Shown here in pieces: positions 17,376 through 27,644 of a DNA stretch of 32,000 bases (the first letter of the stretch is position 1; every line of letters begins with the position of its first letter). A program made the translations under genes and the position numbers. This DNA comes from Candidatus Saccharimonadota bacterium (GTDB taxonomy: Bacteria > Patescibacteriota > Gracilibacteria > Absconditabacterales > Absconditicoccaceae). Location of the stretch: NCBI GenBank assembly GCA_030429145.1, contig JAUIDC010000001.1:60001-92000 (forward strand), written 5' to 3'. The notes beneath the pieces are model-generated. The model saw nothing but the letters and a program-made list of their open reading frames with translations. It made no database searches and was not told the origin of the DNA.

Positions 17376-18323
17376 ATGAAGCACTATGATCCTCCATGTT
17401 ATAAAGTAGTTTTTTTCTCTTCAGCACCTATCTGAGTGCCATTTTTAGAGCAACTAGCGAAAGATAAAAGATTTGAAATAGCAGGTGTAGTAACGGCTCC
17501 TGATAAGCCAGTTGGACGTGGATTAGAAGTAAAGCCGAATGTGGTGAAAGAGGCTGCTCAATGATTGAATATAGAAACAATTCTCACTCCTGAAAAAATC
17601 AATCCGGAGAAATCTGATGAGTGAAAAGAGTTTGCGGATCAGCTAAAAGCACTTGATGCGGACTTTTTTGTCGTTATCGCTTATGGGAAGATTATGCCGA
17701 AATCGATATTGAACATCCCCAAGATTGGACCAATTAATGTACATGGTTCACTGCTACCAAAATATCGTGGTGCATCACCTATTCAGTCAGTTCTCCTCAA
17801 TGATGACAGTATGACGGGAATAACTATCATGTATATGGACGAGAAGATGGATGAAGGAGATGAGATCGCGAAGCGAGCATTTTCTATTGATTTCTCGTGG
17901 ACGACAAAAGATATTATAGACAAGATGATGCAGTCAGGGCCAGAGTTCCTCTGCAATTCACTCTGGGACTTCGGAAAAGAACATCTGAGTAGGAAGCCTC
18001 AAGATCATGACCATGCAACCTACTGCACAAAAATCGCCAAAGAAGACGGAGAAATAGACCCGCGGAAGGATAATCTCCAAAAAATATATAGCAAATATCG
18101 CGCCTATTACTTACGACCGAAAGTTTACTTTGTACACAAAGGAAAAAGAGTCGTTGTTGAATCACTTGTTATCGACAAAAAAACATTTGATCCTGACGCA
18201 CAGATGATTGATAAGAACAATGATCTACACTCCTCTATCCTCGAATGCAAAGTAAAACCAGAAGGAAAGAAAGCGATGGGTTGGAGTGAATTTGAGAGGG
18301 GGTATATAAGTAAAAAAACCTAG
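17376..18323 (+). CDS. fmt: methionyl-tRNA formyltransferase (Fmt), 315 aa from ATG 17376, 3 in-frame TGA
   Basis: ORF 17694..18323 matches the Fmt catalytic and C-terminal domains (NVHGSLLPKYRGASPIQ). The upstream extension in the same frame, through TGA 17433, 17562 and 17622, gives KVVFFSSAPI[G]VPFLEQL...VVTAPDKPVGRG. Ends at TAG inside the terminator stem. The frame is continuous with yidD. Confidence 0.93.
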
Positions 18324-18340
18324 CGACGCTAGGTTTTTTT
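18312..18340. terminator. bidirectional rho-independent terminator (fmt / LRR protein, convergent)
   Basis: Stem acctagc/gctaggt (18318..18324 with 18328..18334), flanked by an A-run on the left and 7 T on the right. Confidence 0.8.
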
Positions 18341-18362
18341 ATTCATCTCATAATCATTTCCT

Positions 18363-20030
18363 CTACTCTGCCATCCTCTTCATCATGAGCATAGCTCGAC
18401 CTCTGAGAAGTGGAATACTTAAATCGGTAGTCACCGTAATCACTCCATCTTGTTGTAACGCCTCTACATGCTTGCAATACCAACACGCAGTACTGTTATT
18501 CGCATCTCCATAGAGGATTCTTGAAAGCATAGTCGCAAGTTGCGCCTTATCTAATAACCCAGCTGGATTGAACATTTCTGCCGGCGTTCCATCTCCTTTA
18601 AGTCACATAATCCCAAGCTGACAAGCCATACTAGCATATTGTTTCATCTCTGCATTGCTTACATCCATATCAGCAAACACACACGTCCTTGTAACATCTG
18701 GCTGTTTATTTAACACATTCATTGCAAAGTTAACTATCATTTTTGCCGCCTCTCATCTTGTGAGATGATTATTTGTGCGGGCCTTTTGACATGTATCCAT
18801 GGTCGTAACACTATTTTTGCGTGCAAAAAGGTATGCTTCGTGTGTCTCTTCATCTTCACACGTATCCACGTTCATCCATGTTGAGAGCATCGGATCAACA
18901 TCTTTCACCTCATTTCTCTCATGAGCATCAATGCTATCACCATCAGTTTCAACAAGCTCGTTATTCTCTCTTGCCGTTTCCGAATTTGACATCAAAGCAT
19001 TTCCTGTTGTATCCTGCTTTATCTGTGCTGAAATACCTCCATTGTTAAGAGATAAACCCGCACACAATCCATCATACTGTGTTGGTGACATATCTCCATT
19101 GGGACAGTTATCCACCGGTAATATTGTTCTTTTTTGTCCACCGAAGCCTCTGAACCCTCGGTTTGGATCCGTATTTTGAAGGAACCATAGAGTGTTCAAA
19201 TCTAAATTGGTCGGCGACAAGTTTGTACCATCAAAATTTGATACAAGCAACCCCGAGTAGTTCCCGTGAGTAGTGATGGCAAATCATGTCAGTGGCGTGT
19301 TTGTCATATTTAGCCTTCCAAGACCTGTATTATATGTTATATCAATATAGGATATCCCTGCTCCGCTCAAATATATGTTCTGTAGGCTATTATAGCCTGA
19401 AAATGATAAATGGCCCGAATAAGGGGTTTGCGTCATATTGAAAGTGACTAGCCCTGTATTATTTGAGAAATCAAGCGATGTAATGGCATTCCCCCTTAAA
19501 GTAAGCCCTCTCAGGGACCTTTGCAAAGAAATATCGATACTTGTAAGCCAATTATTCCCCAAATCAATATGCAATAATCATGTCAATTGCGATAAGTTTA
19601 CCGACGATATATAATTTGCACCCAAAGATAGTACCGTTAAATGTGGTAGATATAATAATCATGTCATAATAGACCCACTCAGACTATTATCGTAGAGATA
19701 CAACTCAGTAATATGTCCTGATCAACTACTTAAGGGATTCTGAAAAGCATCTCGGAAAAGACTGTGATTACCATTTGCTCCCGCCCATAATCCTAGATCC
19801 GTATGTAAAAACCGATTCGTATCTTCTCACCAATTTGCCCCATTTGTTTCCTGATATAGCCATGCTAATCCTACGCACTCCTCATATGTAATAGCTATCG
19901 CTCCAGAATTATTCATACACCAATCAAAATTAGCTCACACGCCAACATGAATTGCTGCAAATACACTGCTAGAACCTAAAAGAACTCATCCAATGATGAG
20001 TGAAAAAATCCATTTTTTGATGCGCTGCAT
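18363..20030 (-). CDS. secreted surface protein with N-terminal leucine-rich repeats and C-terminal SLH-like repeats, 555 aa, at least 10 in-frame TGA
   Basis: Track ORFs 19284..19574, 18753..19250 and 18363..18575 share one frame. The rebuilt N-terminus MQRIKKWIFSLII[G]VLLGSSSVFA is a signal peptide. It is followed by ..LYQETNGANW.. and LRR units (L..L.L..N.I.S). The C-terminus carries two F.D....LGI.G.....F.P...L.KAQLATMLSRIL-type SLH-like units. Ends in TAG. Confidence 0.75.
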
Positions 20031-20136
20031 CTCTATTATTGAAAGGATAAAGAGTTACTCCCCAGCAATATAGGTTATTAATGACTAATTGCAATTAATT
20101 TATCCTTGCGTTATCAGTGATTCATGATGCAGTATT

Positions 20137-20165
20137 TTGCAAAAAGGTATCGTTTTCTGTATACT
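20137..20165 (+). promoter_or_regulatory. candidate sigma70-type promoter for the nucleoside hydrolase gene
   Basis: TTGCAA (20137..20142), a 17-nt spacer, then TATACT (20160..20165), 27 nt upstream of the ATG. Confidence 0.5.
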
Positions 20166-20191
20166 AAGTATGTCATTTATATATCATACAC

Positions 20192-21178
20192 ATGATGGAC
20201 CACAACAAAACCCTACCCGTCTTAATCGACTGTGATCCAGGTGCTGATGATGTTTTCGCACTTCTTTGGATTTTGATCAACCATAAATTTTCACACCTTC
20301 CGATGAAACTTGTCGGTATCACTACTGCTTGAGGAAATGTAGCAGCAGATAAGACCTATGCAAATGCACTCAGGATGTGCCAATTCGTGGGTGCGACGGA
20401 CATCCCAGTTGGGAAAGATCATAGACAGATAGAATCACAAGATGCAAGCCACATCCACGGAGAAGACGGCATCGGCAATCTTTCTTCTATGCTACCAGAA
20501 GTGCAGCTTCCTGCCGAAGAGAAAGACAGTGTAGAGATGATCGTCGAAGCCATCAAGCAGTATGGCAATGAACTTGTCATCCTTGTGACAGGGCCTATGA
20601 CCAATATTGCACTTGCGGAGGAACGCGAACCAGGTATCCTCTCACAGTGTAAAAAAATCATAGCTATGGGTGGAGCCGTACAGGTCAACGGAAATATTAC
20701 TCCTGTCGCTGAGTTTAACATCGCTTACGATGCAGAGAGCGCAGCTAAGGTATTTAATGCAACCAAAAATATTGTCCTCATCCCTCTCGACCTTACCACA
20801 CAGATGGTATTTACCGACGAGGACATGGAAAACTCTTTCAAAAATATTAATCATTCAACAAAACAAGAGTTCATGCGTGAACTTACCAAATTCACGACAA
20901 AAACAAACATGATGTTCAGAGAGACTGCCTACGACAAAGGATTTTATGTGCATGACGCACACACGGTCGGCATGCTCCTCTACCCACATATCTACAAAGG
21001 ATCTTTCTATGATGTCCATGTAGAGACAAAAGGTGAGCTTACCAAGTGAGAAACAGTTGTTGATGTCCGCAATCATGCAAGAACAGAAGTAAACAGCTTC
21101 ATTGCAACAGAATTCAACAAGAACCTTTTTCTTGAAGCAATCACGGAAGACTTTAAGCAGTTTGATTTTGGAGAGTAA
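20192..21178 (+). CDS. inosine/uridine-preferring nucleoside hydrolase family protein, 328 aa, 2 in-frame TGA
   Basis: The N-terminal motif VLIDCDPGADD lies upstream of the track ORF and is joined to it through TGA 20330..20332 (ITTA[G]GN). The frame reads through TGA 21047..21049 to TAA 21176..21178. Confidence 0.9.
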
Positions 21179-21207
21179 ACTTAGATCAGAATCAGTTTTC
21201 AATAAAC

Positions 21208-21235
21208 AAAAAAAGCAGCGGATATCCGCTGCTTT
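21208..21235. terminator. rho-independent terminator (strong on the minus strand, weaker on plus)
   Basis: Stem gcagcgg/ccgctgc (21215..21221 with 21226..21232) and loop atat. There are 7 A on the left, giving a T-run for the minus-strand operon, and TTT on the right. Confidence 0.75.
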
Positions 21236-21256
21236 ATCAAATATAGTACAATAGTT

Positions 21257-21571
21257 TTACGCTGCCTCAGCCCAGGCATGATAGATAGTTTGAATACCAC
21301 ATGTCATCACCTTAAAGTTTCGCTGTTTCAGCAAATCTCTTACGAAACGACTATAGCAGAGAAACACCTCTCCTTTTTGTCGATAATGATCAACAATTGC
21401 AGGATAGATAGATGCTATCTCTTCAAGGGCTGCACAGACAGACTCCAATGTCATATCATCTGCAGGTCTCATGACAGTTACCTCATGTACCCGCTGAAAT
21501 AGCGATGACGATGGTCGATTGACTGCGAGGAGTGGTAAACTCCAAAGTAAATAGTTCTTCTCTCTTTTCAT
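21257..21571 (-). CDS. hypothetical protein, 104 aa
   Basis: Intact ORF ending in TAA, 6 nt downstream of the preceding ORF. No motif recognised. Confidence 0.45.
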   Translation of the reverse strand: MKREKNYLLWSLPLLAVNRPSSSLFQRVHEVTVMRPADDMTLESVCAALEEIASIYPAIVDHYRQKGEVFLCYSRFVRDLLKQRNFKVMTCGIQTIYHAWAEAA

Positions 21572-21577
21572 AATGGT

Positions 21578-21856
21578 TTATTTTGGGGTTTTGTTAACAA
21601 GACATCCAAATATATAATTAAAATATATCTTGATGCGAACTCTTTTATAGGGTTTTTCCCTATCGTCTCTGAAGCCAAATCCATATACACGATTGACAAG
21701 CAACAGAGGAAAGAACGTAATAAGCCACAGCAGAATAAGAATAAATCCTATCGGTGGCGACAATAGTGGTGATACATACCATCTCAATGTCGTCTGCCTT
21801 CTGGGCACAGACTCATGAGTGTACCAAACTTTTTTCTTTTTGTGTCCCATAGGCAA
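21578..21856 (-). CDS. hypothetical small membrane protein, 92 aa
   Basis: Intact ORF ending in TAA. It has a basic N-terminus and one long hydrophobic segment (IGFILILLWLITFFPLLLV). Confidence 0.45.
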   Translation of the reverse strand: MPMGHKKKKVWYTHESVPRRQTTLRWYVSPLLSPPIGFILILLWLITFFPLLLVNRVYGFGFRDDREKPYKRVRIKIYFNYIFGCLVNKTPK

Positions 21857-21935
21857 ATGTGATATTTTGTTGTTATTTATTCAATGTATTATAATTCTTA
21901 TATTCTATAAGTCAATATTTTGTCTTTTACCTCAT

Positions 21936-22847
21936 TTATGTAACAACTACAAACAATACTAATACGATTAGTGCTAGTATCATAAGCAAAATCTGTCTTC
22001 TAGAAAGCTTATCATTGAGAAATATTCGGCAAAGCACTGCCGCAGTGATGATAGAAAAGAGTTTCACAAAATTAATAAGATTTGCTGGGTTTGTATCATA
22101 TGCATAGTAGTGAAGCGATCCTGCTGTAGCACCACACAGCCCTATCGTTGCAAACACCATAGCCTCACGTCTCGTTATGTTTCTTTTTAGGCCACTCCAT
22201 GATCATCTGTCACCAGTGAAATACCAGAGCAATCCAATGATCAATGTACATATCTCGACCAGTACAACTACCTGTAGTGGCTCAATATGTCCTCCCTTGA
22301 TAAGATAGTTGTTTCCTGTGACAAAGTACGCACTACAAAGTGATGCTCAAAGTGCGTAGAGCGTATCTGCATTGATAAAATGCGTATGCTTAATGTCTTT
22401 GTCACTACGATGGATAATAAATTGCATGAGTACGAGGAAAAATACTACTGCTATAGCTATCTTCAGAGGACTCAATGCCTCCACTCCAGGGAAAAGCCAC
22501 ACATTGACGAAGTACATGAGGAACACATTGACACTCATGATGATAAGAACTACTCATCCGTGCATGTGTTTATATGCCTTGAAGATGAGTGTCATAGCCA
22601 CATATCATGCGATACAGATTGTTGCAAAAAGAAGCCACTGCATCACTCACATAGATGGAAAGAAAGCTGACTTGGTGGTATACATCCATACAGAAACGAA
22701 AAGCAGTCACCATAGTGCCGCGAAGCCAAACTGATAGACCAATGCCAAAAATCTGTCATCATAGTGCATACTTTCTTTCTTCTGCAATGTGACTGACAGT
22801 CCAGAAATGATGGTTGCGATACAGGCGCCAATTATTCCCCAGTTCAT
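21936..22847 (-). CDS. DMT-superfamily (EamA-like) transporter, 303 aa, 6 in-frame TGA
   Basis: Track ORFs 22347..22538 and 21936..22160 share one frame with ATG 22847. The rebuilt protein is hydrophobic throughout, with about 10 TM segments, consistent with two EamA-like halves. Ends in TAA. Confidence 0.65.
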
Positions 22848-22904
22848 GGTAGCAAAATGTACTATAAAAGCCTGTCTCTATTATACTTTTCAAGCCTCAT
22901 TCTG

Positions 22905-22933
22905 TCAAAAAAACAGGCTTTTTTGATAGCCTG
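22905..22933 (-). terminator. rho-independent terminator after the SDR gene
   Basis: Stem caggct/agcctg (22914..22919 with 22928..22933). The minus strand then carries a T-run (A-run 22906..22913 on plus). Confidence 0.6.
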
Positions 22934-22965
22934 TTCTTCTGTGTAATTAATATGGAATCTAAGGG

Positions 22966-23754
22966 TTACATGGCAACATACCCACCGTCGATACTCACAA
23001 GAGAGCCTGTCATAAACCCAGGCTTATCAGAAAGGAGAAACACAACAGTCTCTGCAACCTCTTCTGGTGTTCCTAGTCTTTCTAAGGGCTGTGCTTTTTC
23101 GAGGAAAGCAACTCCCTTTTCCATATCGCCACCAAAATTTTCTTCTGCAAATCCTTTCATGGCGCCTCTTGCTAGTGGGGTATCTATGGTCCCTGGACAG
23201 ACACAATTCACACGAATATTATCTTTTGCATAGTCTATGGCTGTACTTTTTGTCAGCTGTCATACTGCTCCTTTCGCAGCACCATATGCTGAAGACTTAC
23301 CTTTACCAATAAGGCATTGATCTGACCCCATGATAACAATGCTTCATTTCCCATTTTTCTGAAGGTGAGGTATTCCATATTTCAGTGTTAAAAAGACTCC
23401 TTCTACGTCTACTGCAAACATTTTTCTTCGATCTTCAAGCGAAGTATCAACAATTGTTCCTACTTTATGAATGCCCGCATTAGCAAAAATACTATCAAGC
23501 TTTCCAAACTGTTTCACACACTCCTCTATCTGTTCTTTCAACTTTCCCTCATCGGTCACATCTCACTCTAAAAACAACAAATCATCTATATTATATCATG
23601 CTTTAACCGCCTCTCACCCTACTTTATCTGCTTCCTCTTTCTTTCTTCACGTAAAGCATACTTTTGCTCCCTCACGGAGCGCAGCAAGCACTGTTGCCTT
23701 CCCTATACCACTGGTACCACCAGTAATAAAAACTACTTTATCCTGCAATAACAT
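22966..23754 (-). CDS. short-chain dehydrogenase/reductase (SDR, FabG-like), 262 aa, several in-frame TGA
   Basis: The rebuilt N-terminus is MLLQDKVVFITGGTSGIGKA, the Rossmann TGxxxGIG motif. Track ORFs 23344..23559 and 22966..23211 share this frame. The C-terminus has the typical LG.PEEVA..V.FL.SD.....TG....DGG pattern. Ends in TAA. Confidence 0.9.
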
Positions 23755-23778
23755 AGTGTCTTTCTCATAAGAAGTAAA

Positions 23779-24258
23779 TTATATTTTCTCTTCATAATTA
23801 TCGGATAGATAACGAAACCAAGGACTTGTCTTAGGCACTATCACCTCATCAATATAATATCACTTTTCAAATCCTCACTCCTTTTTTCTCTTTTTAGTTT
23901 GCATCTCCTGCAAGATTCTACGATCTATACTCTTTGCCTTAATAATCTCATTTACTGACATCTGATGATTCATATTGTGGAGAATTTCATCTATATCATA
24001 AGAAGTATCGCTATCCCCTTGTGCTGCCATTCGTGCTTCCACTACCTCTTTCAGATCTGCAAGCTCTGCAATGATCTCTTCTTGTGTCTTATTGATCACC
24101 TTTTCAAGTTCATCAAGCTCCTCCACTGCCTTTGTTGCCAAGGCTTGAAGAAGTTCCTCTCCGACCAACATGGTAGGGTCTACCTTGCAACCCTCGCTTT
24201 TCATCAGATCGGGAATTTTATCTCTCACCAACTTATTGAAGACGAATGTTTTCGGCAT
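23779..24258 (-). CDS. MazG-like nucleotide pyrophosphohydrolase family protein, 159 aa, 2 in-frame TGA
   Basis: KLVRDKIPDLM.. and EELDE......EIIAELADLKEVV fit the all-alpha NTP pyrophosphohydrolase pattern. The frame reads through TGA 23875..23877 and 23860..23862 to TAA 23779..23781. Confidence 0.6.
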
Positions 24259-24318
24259 GTGTCATACTCTTTATGAGTAAACAGCAATATAGTATGCTAT
24301 CCTTATGGCAATGCAAGT

Positions 24319-25743
24319 CTATACACCAAGTTTCTCTTGTAGCTTCTCTTTCACTATATCTCCCCTTGCTTTACCACCCAAAGCTTTCATAACACCTCCT
24401 ACAAGTACATTAATCTTTCACTCATCACCATTTTTTACTTGTTCAACAATGTCAGCATTTTCCTCTATCACTTGAGCAATAGTCTCTTCCAACAATCACA
24501 TATCTATCTTTTCCTCTACGAAAACAGTTTTCACATCTACCTTTTTCTCTTTCATAAACTGCTGCATAGCCTTCTTCAAAAGTCATCCTGAAAAATCTCA
24601 TTTTTTATAATATGATAATATTTCGCCCAGTGGGGCGATATTCTCTTCAGTATAGTCGTCCTCCTGGAAGTAGTTAAGGAGCGTCTTTGTAGTCAGCCCA
24701 AGATCGTCTACCTCTTTATTGAGAGAAAATAGTATATGTGCTTTGTGTGGATCTGCTGAGAAAAACTTTGCATCCTTTGGATGAATACCAGCTTTGATGA
24801 TAGGATCTTCGATCTGGAACGGTAGTGTGTCAGTATTGATTTTTAGCTCTTTTGCCAGATGACTAATGTCGATAGCTGGGATGTCTGGCTCTTTGATATA
24901 CCTGTAGTCCTGGGCGTTTTCTTTGTTTCTCATCACTTTGATTTGCTTCTCTTTTACATCCCAAAGAGCTGTAACCTGCTCCTGCTTCGGCTCATTGTGT
25001 TCTTCCCAGTATGAAAGCTGTGCGTCAAGCTCTACACTCAGTGCGTCTTTTGCAAATTTGAACGAATTGATGTTCTTCACTTCTGTTCTTGGATTGAGAT
25101 CATTTGTTCCTTTCTTTCTGAGAGAGAGACTGAGATCGGATCTGATGTGTCCCTTCTCCATGTCTGCATCAGACACATGGAGAGCTCTGACTGTTTTTTG
25201 CAGATATTCGAAATAGATGCTCATATCATCGATACTGCGGATAGACGGTGTCGTAACGATCTCTACGAGTGCTCTTCCAGATCTATTGAAGTCGAGAAGA
25301 CTATGATCTCCCTCATGAAGGAATTTTCCCGTGTCCTCTTCGAGGTGAATATGATCAATTTGCACGGTAAATGTGCTACCGTCGAGTCTGTAGCAGGTCA
25401 ACTCTCCTCATACGACGATAGGATTTTCCAACTGCGTGATCTGGTAGCCTTTCGGCAGGTCCGGGTACTCATAGTGTTTTCTATCCCAATCGATAATAGG
25501 CGTTATCTGGCCGTGGATAGCTACTCATAGCTCGACCGTCTTTTTGATAGCCTCTTGATTTGGGCGAGGCAGGATGCCGAGCTGGCCAGTACAGAGCGGA
25601 CAGATATAGATATTTGGCTGATCGGTGTCTTCATTTTTACAAGCACAAAACATCTTGCTCTTTGTATTGAGCTCTACGTGCGTTTCGAGACCGATGACGA
25701 CCTCTAAACCTAACTGTTCCAATCTTTCTTCCAACGTAGCCAT
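24319..25743 (-). CDS. gatB: Asp/Glu-tRNA amidotransferase subunit B (GatB), 474 aa, multiple in-frame TGA
   Basis: Likely start is [25 protein letters not shown] at 25743. Track ORFs 25525..25899 and 24598..25401 share its frame. The C-terminal extension through TGA 24598, 24583, 24496 and 24418 gives the GatB tail ..[13 protein letters not shown].. and ends at TAG 24319..24321. Confidence 0.95.
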
Positions 25744-25799
25744 AGTGAGTATATACATGAGTAAGTAATTGCTAGTAGTCGTATTATGAAGTGTGTTGT

Positions 25800-27206
25800 C
25801 TACGAGTTCATCATCTCTTCGATACGTTTTCCTATTTGGATAAGATCCATATCTGTCCCATAATCCCCAGTGATTTGCATACCTGTCGGCAAGTTTCATG
25901 GAATCGTGAGGGTCGGTAGTTTCCCGAGACTGAAGCCTACTGTATAGACGTCGGACATATACATTGTGACTGGATCGTCCATCACCTGTCCTATCTTTGG
26001 TACTTTATTTGGCGTGACTGGCGAGATGATAATATCGACCTTCGCAAAATCCTCCGTAAATTTTTGGATAAGTTGATTTCTCGCGATGAGTGCCTTTTGA
26101 TAATATTTGTCCAAAAATCCTTGTGACAGCACCTGATTTCCCACAACAATCCTTCTTTGTGTCTCAGAAGAAAATCATTTACCTCTTGATTCGAGATAGA
26201 GAGAGACAAGGTCGTTTCACTCTACTCTATGACCATATTTGATACCGTCGATGCGCGAAAGGTTTGAGGAAGTCTCTGCCATCGTGATCGTATAGTATGT
26301 TGCGACAAGAAGCTCATCATCAAAAAATGGTAGTTCTACAAGCTCTGCTCACTTCTGTCTCAAGAGATCAAACATAGTGGTGAATGCTTGTTTAATGTCT
26401 GCATCAAGTGCTTTACTTTCAAAAAATGACTTATAATATCAGATTTTGAGCGATTTTTTTTCGGTAGCTGCTGAAATTCTCTTCTCCTCATAAGCGAGTG
26501 TTGCCAGATCATGACTATCCTTCCCTGCTATGGTCTGCAAGATAACTTCTAAATCCTCTGGACTATTGGCAATCGGCCCGATCGTATCCAGCGACGATGC
26601 ATAAGCCATACAGCCGTATCTAGAAACCATACCGTAGGATACTTTGTGTCAGTACACCTTGTTGTACCCTGCAGGCTGTCTGATCGAACCACCTGTGTCC
26701 TCACCAAGTGAAAATACTGTTACACCGGCTGCAACATTTGCAGCGCTTCCACCGCTTGAGCCTCCAGCAACAAGCGTTTGATCCACAGCATTTTTCGTAG
26801 CACCATGCATCGTATTTTCTGTTGAACTTCCATGTCAGAAGGCGTCACAGTTTTCTTTCACGATAAGTATCGCGCCTGCTTCCTGTAGTCTTTCTATAGC
26901 TGTAGCCGTATATGGAGAGATATAATCTTCCAATATCTGTGCGGCCCCAGTTGCCACTGTTCCCTCTACGAGAAATGTATCTTTCGCGCCAAAAGGAATC
27001 CCCTCGAGAAGTCCAATTTCTTCTTTTCTTTGTAACTTCTGATCAACCTCTCTTGCCTGCTCTAACGCTTGCTCCTTAAATATACGGACATTCGCATTGA
27101 GCTCATTTTTCTCAGCAAACGATATTCTTTCTGCGACCAAACTCTCACAAGTATATTTTCTTGCAATAAGATCGTCGTGTATCTGCTGTATAGTAAGATG
27201 TGTCAT
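25800..27206 (-). CDS. gatA: Asp/Glu-tRNA amidotransferase subunit A (GatA), 468 aa, multiple in-frame TGA
   Basis: Track ORFs 26835..27206, 26439..26630 and 25896..26144 share one frame and match the amidase-signature protein GatA. The frame reads through TGA 25896..25898 to ..[11 protein letters not shown].. and TAG 25800..25802. Confidence 0.95.
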
Positions 27207-27225
27207 CTCTCGTTGTAATAAGTAA

Positions 27226-27465
27226 TTAGACCACTTTTGGCACTTTTAAATAATCTCCCACTCTTTGTGGAAAATTCTCTCTAATGGCAGCAATATTCTC
27301 AAAATCTTCTATCTTATCCTCCCTAAGCTCTGAGAAATCCAACGTACGTCTCTCTATCTTCATGTCTTCCTTTCCTATCGCATTGTCCAATACATTAAAA
27401 AAATCTAGGATAGCACTATCCTCTTTCGCATTCTTAATCTTTGCTAACTGTTCGAGTGAAAACAT
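27226..27465 (-). CDS. gatC: Asp/Glu-tRNA amidotransferase subunit C (GatC), 79 aa
   Basis: Intact ORF directly upstream of gatA, with LREDK..........NFP.....Y.KVPKVV at the C-terminus. Confidence 0.8.
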   Translation of the reverse strand: MFSLEQLAKIKNAKEDSAILDFFNVLDNAIGKEDMKIERRTLDFSELREDKIEDFENIAAIRENFPQRVGDYLKVPKVV

Positions 27466-27570
27466 TATCGTTTACATATAACATGCAAAATAGCTTATAT
27501 ATAGTGCCATATTAGTAAAACTAGTCTGAATTACAACAGAGGAAACGTATTTTTTGTTGCTCGCTTCTTA

Positions 27571-27598
27571 TTGACATGTTTGTTTTTATATATAAAAT
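27571..27598 (+). promoter_or_regulatory. candidate sigma70-type promoter for the lipoprotein gene
   Basis: TTGACA (27571..27576), a 16-nt spacer, then TAAAAT (27593..27598), about 45 nt upstream of ATG 27645. Confidence 0.45.
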
Positions 27599-27644
27599 AC
27601 TCGTATAAACAAAATCGTTCAAAAAAACTAAAAAGTACACTACA

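Noticed and set aside
25744-25899. A long N-terminal extension of GatB (track ORF 25525..25899, starting [11 protein letters not shown]..).
   Set aside because: The extension overlaps the GatA C-terminus in another frame and has no GatB similarity. [22 protein letters not shown] at 25743 aligns with the normal GatB N-terminus.
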